From Eledone cirrhosa (lineage: Eukaryota), in the NCBI GenBank assembly GCA_964016885.1, contig OZ024757.1, positions 3,472,001 to 3,536,000 of the forward strand: a DNA stretch of 64,000 nucleotides, given 5' to 3'. The translations under genes were made by a program, and so were the position numbers. Shown piece by piece: positions 63,611-64,000 of the stretch (positions are counted from its first letter, which is position 1; the number at the start of each line of letters is the position of its first letter). The notes under the pieces are model-generated. The model searched no databases. It had not been told where the DNA came from and saw nothing but the letters and a program-made list of their open reading frames with translations.

Positions 63611-63612
<2 letters not shown>
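62247..63612 (-). mobile_element. 5'-truncated R4/Dong-clade non-LTR retrotransposon (RT thumb, zinc knuckle, restriction-like endonuclease), frameshifted
   Basis: EYLRRVKKIWSSELSAYNK, VDRLY...EGGRGL, C..C zinc-knuckle remnant, KHD, HNRPDSVVWD...LEISCP...EK..Y, PINIGATG; stops and frameshifts split the ORF. Confidence 0.88.
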
Positions 63613-63641
<29 letters not shown>

Positions 63642-63706
63642 TGTATGTATGTATGTATGTATGTATGTATGTATGTATGTATGTATGTATGTATGTATGT
63701 ATGTAT
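63613..63706 (+). repeat. (ATGT)n microsatellite
   Basis: Read directly. Confidence 0.95.
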
Positions 63707-64000
63707 GGTCAGGTCACCAGTTGGTGCTACTGGTAACATGTATCCCAGTACAACCTGTCTCATGGTCGGGTCGTTGGCGACTAAACTGGCAACCCCACCA
63801 ACGTTTCTTGGTGAGGAGGGTGACTTTGGACATCCTGCAGGACTAAAAACAAAACCTGTCAAAAGGCAAAGGAGCTCTTAAGAGTCAATGGCCATCCAAA
63901 ATCCCCGGGAGAGATGACCCCTTAGCCTTTGTCAAGGCAGAATTCTAGGAGAAGGAAAACTCTGATATAACACCTGCAACCCTGATGGTATCCAATGATG
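63707..64000 (+). mobile_element. Element Y, 5' part (runs off the window)
   Basis: Near-identical to 51469-51762. Confidence 0.85.

Overview
AT-rich, repeat-dominated animal genomic DNA; the microsatellite and SINE style suggests a mollusc or cephalopod (inference). About 46 kb (1-23026 and 26815-50225) is a 22-bp satellite, TTGATAGAGTGTGTAAGGTTAC, with roughly 2,100 monomers organised into higher-order repeats (HORs) of about 0.9, 2.3, 3.27 and 5.35 kb. Its right edge reads in frame into the C-terminal coding region of an RTE-clade LINE, so the monomer appears to be an amplified piece of a LINE ORF. A composite, internally deleted Ty3/Gypsy element (RNase H and integrase only) interrupts the array at 23027-26814. 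The last 14 kb holds one exon of a group I-like metabotropic glutamate receptor (mGluR) gene (minus strand, 56317-56549), which implies the whole satellite lies in one intron. Nested mobile elements surround the exon: tRNA-SINEs, a Helitron, a MITE, RTE and R4/Dong LINE fragments, a Naiad-like Penelope ORF and an (ATGT)n-associated non-autonomous retroelement. About 10 type I hammerhead ribozyme motifs from at least four Penelope-type families also lie around it, many within inverted repeats. Everything was read by eye; family names need database confirmation.
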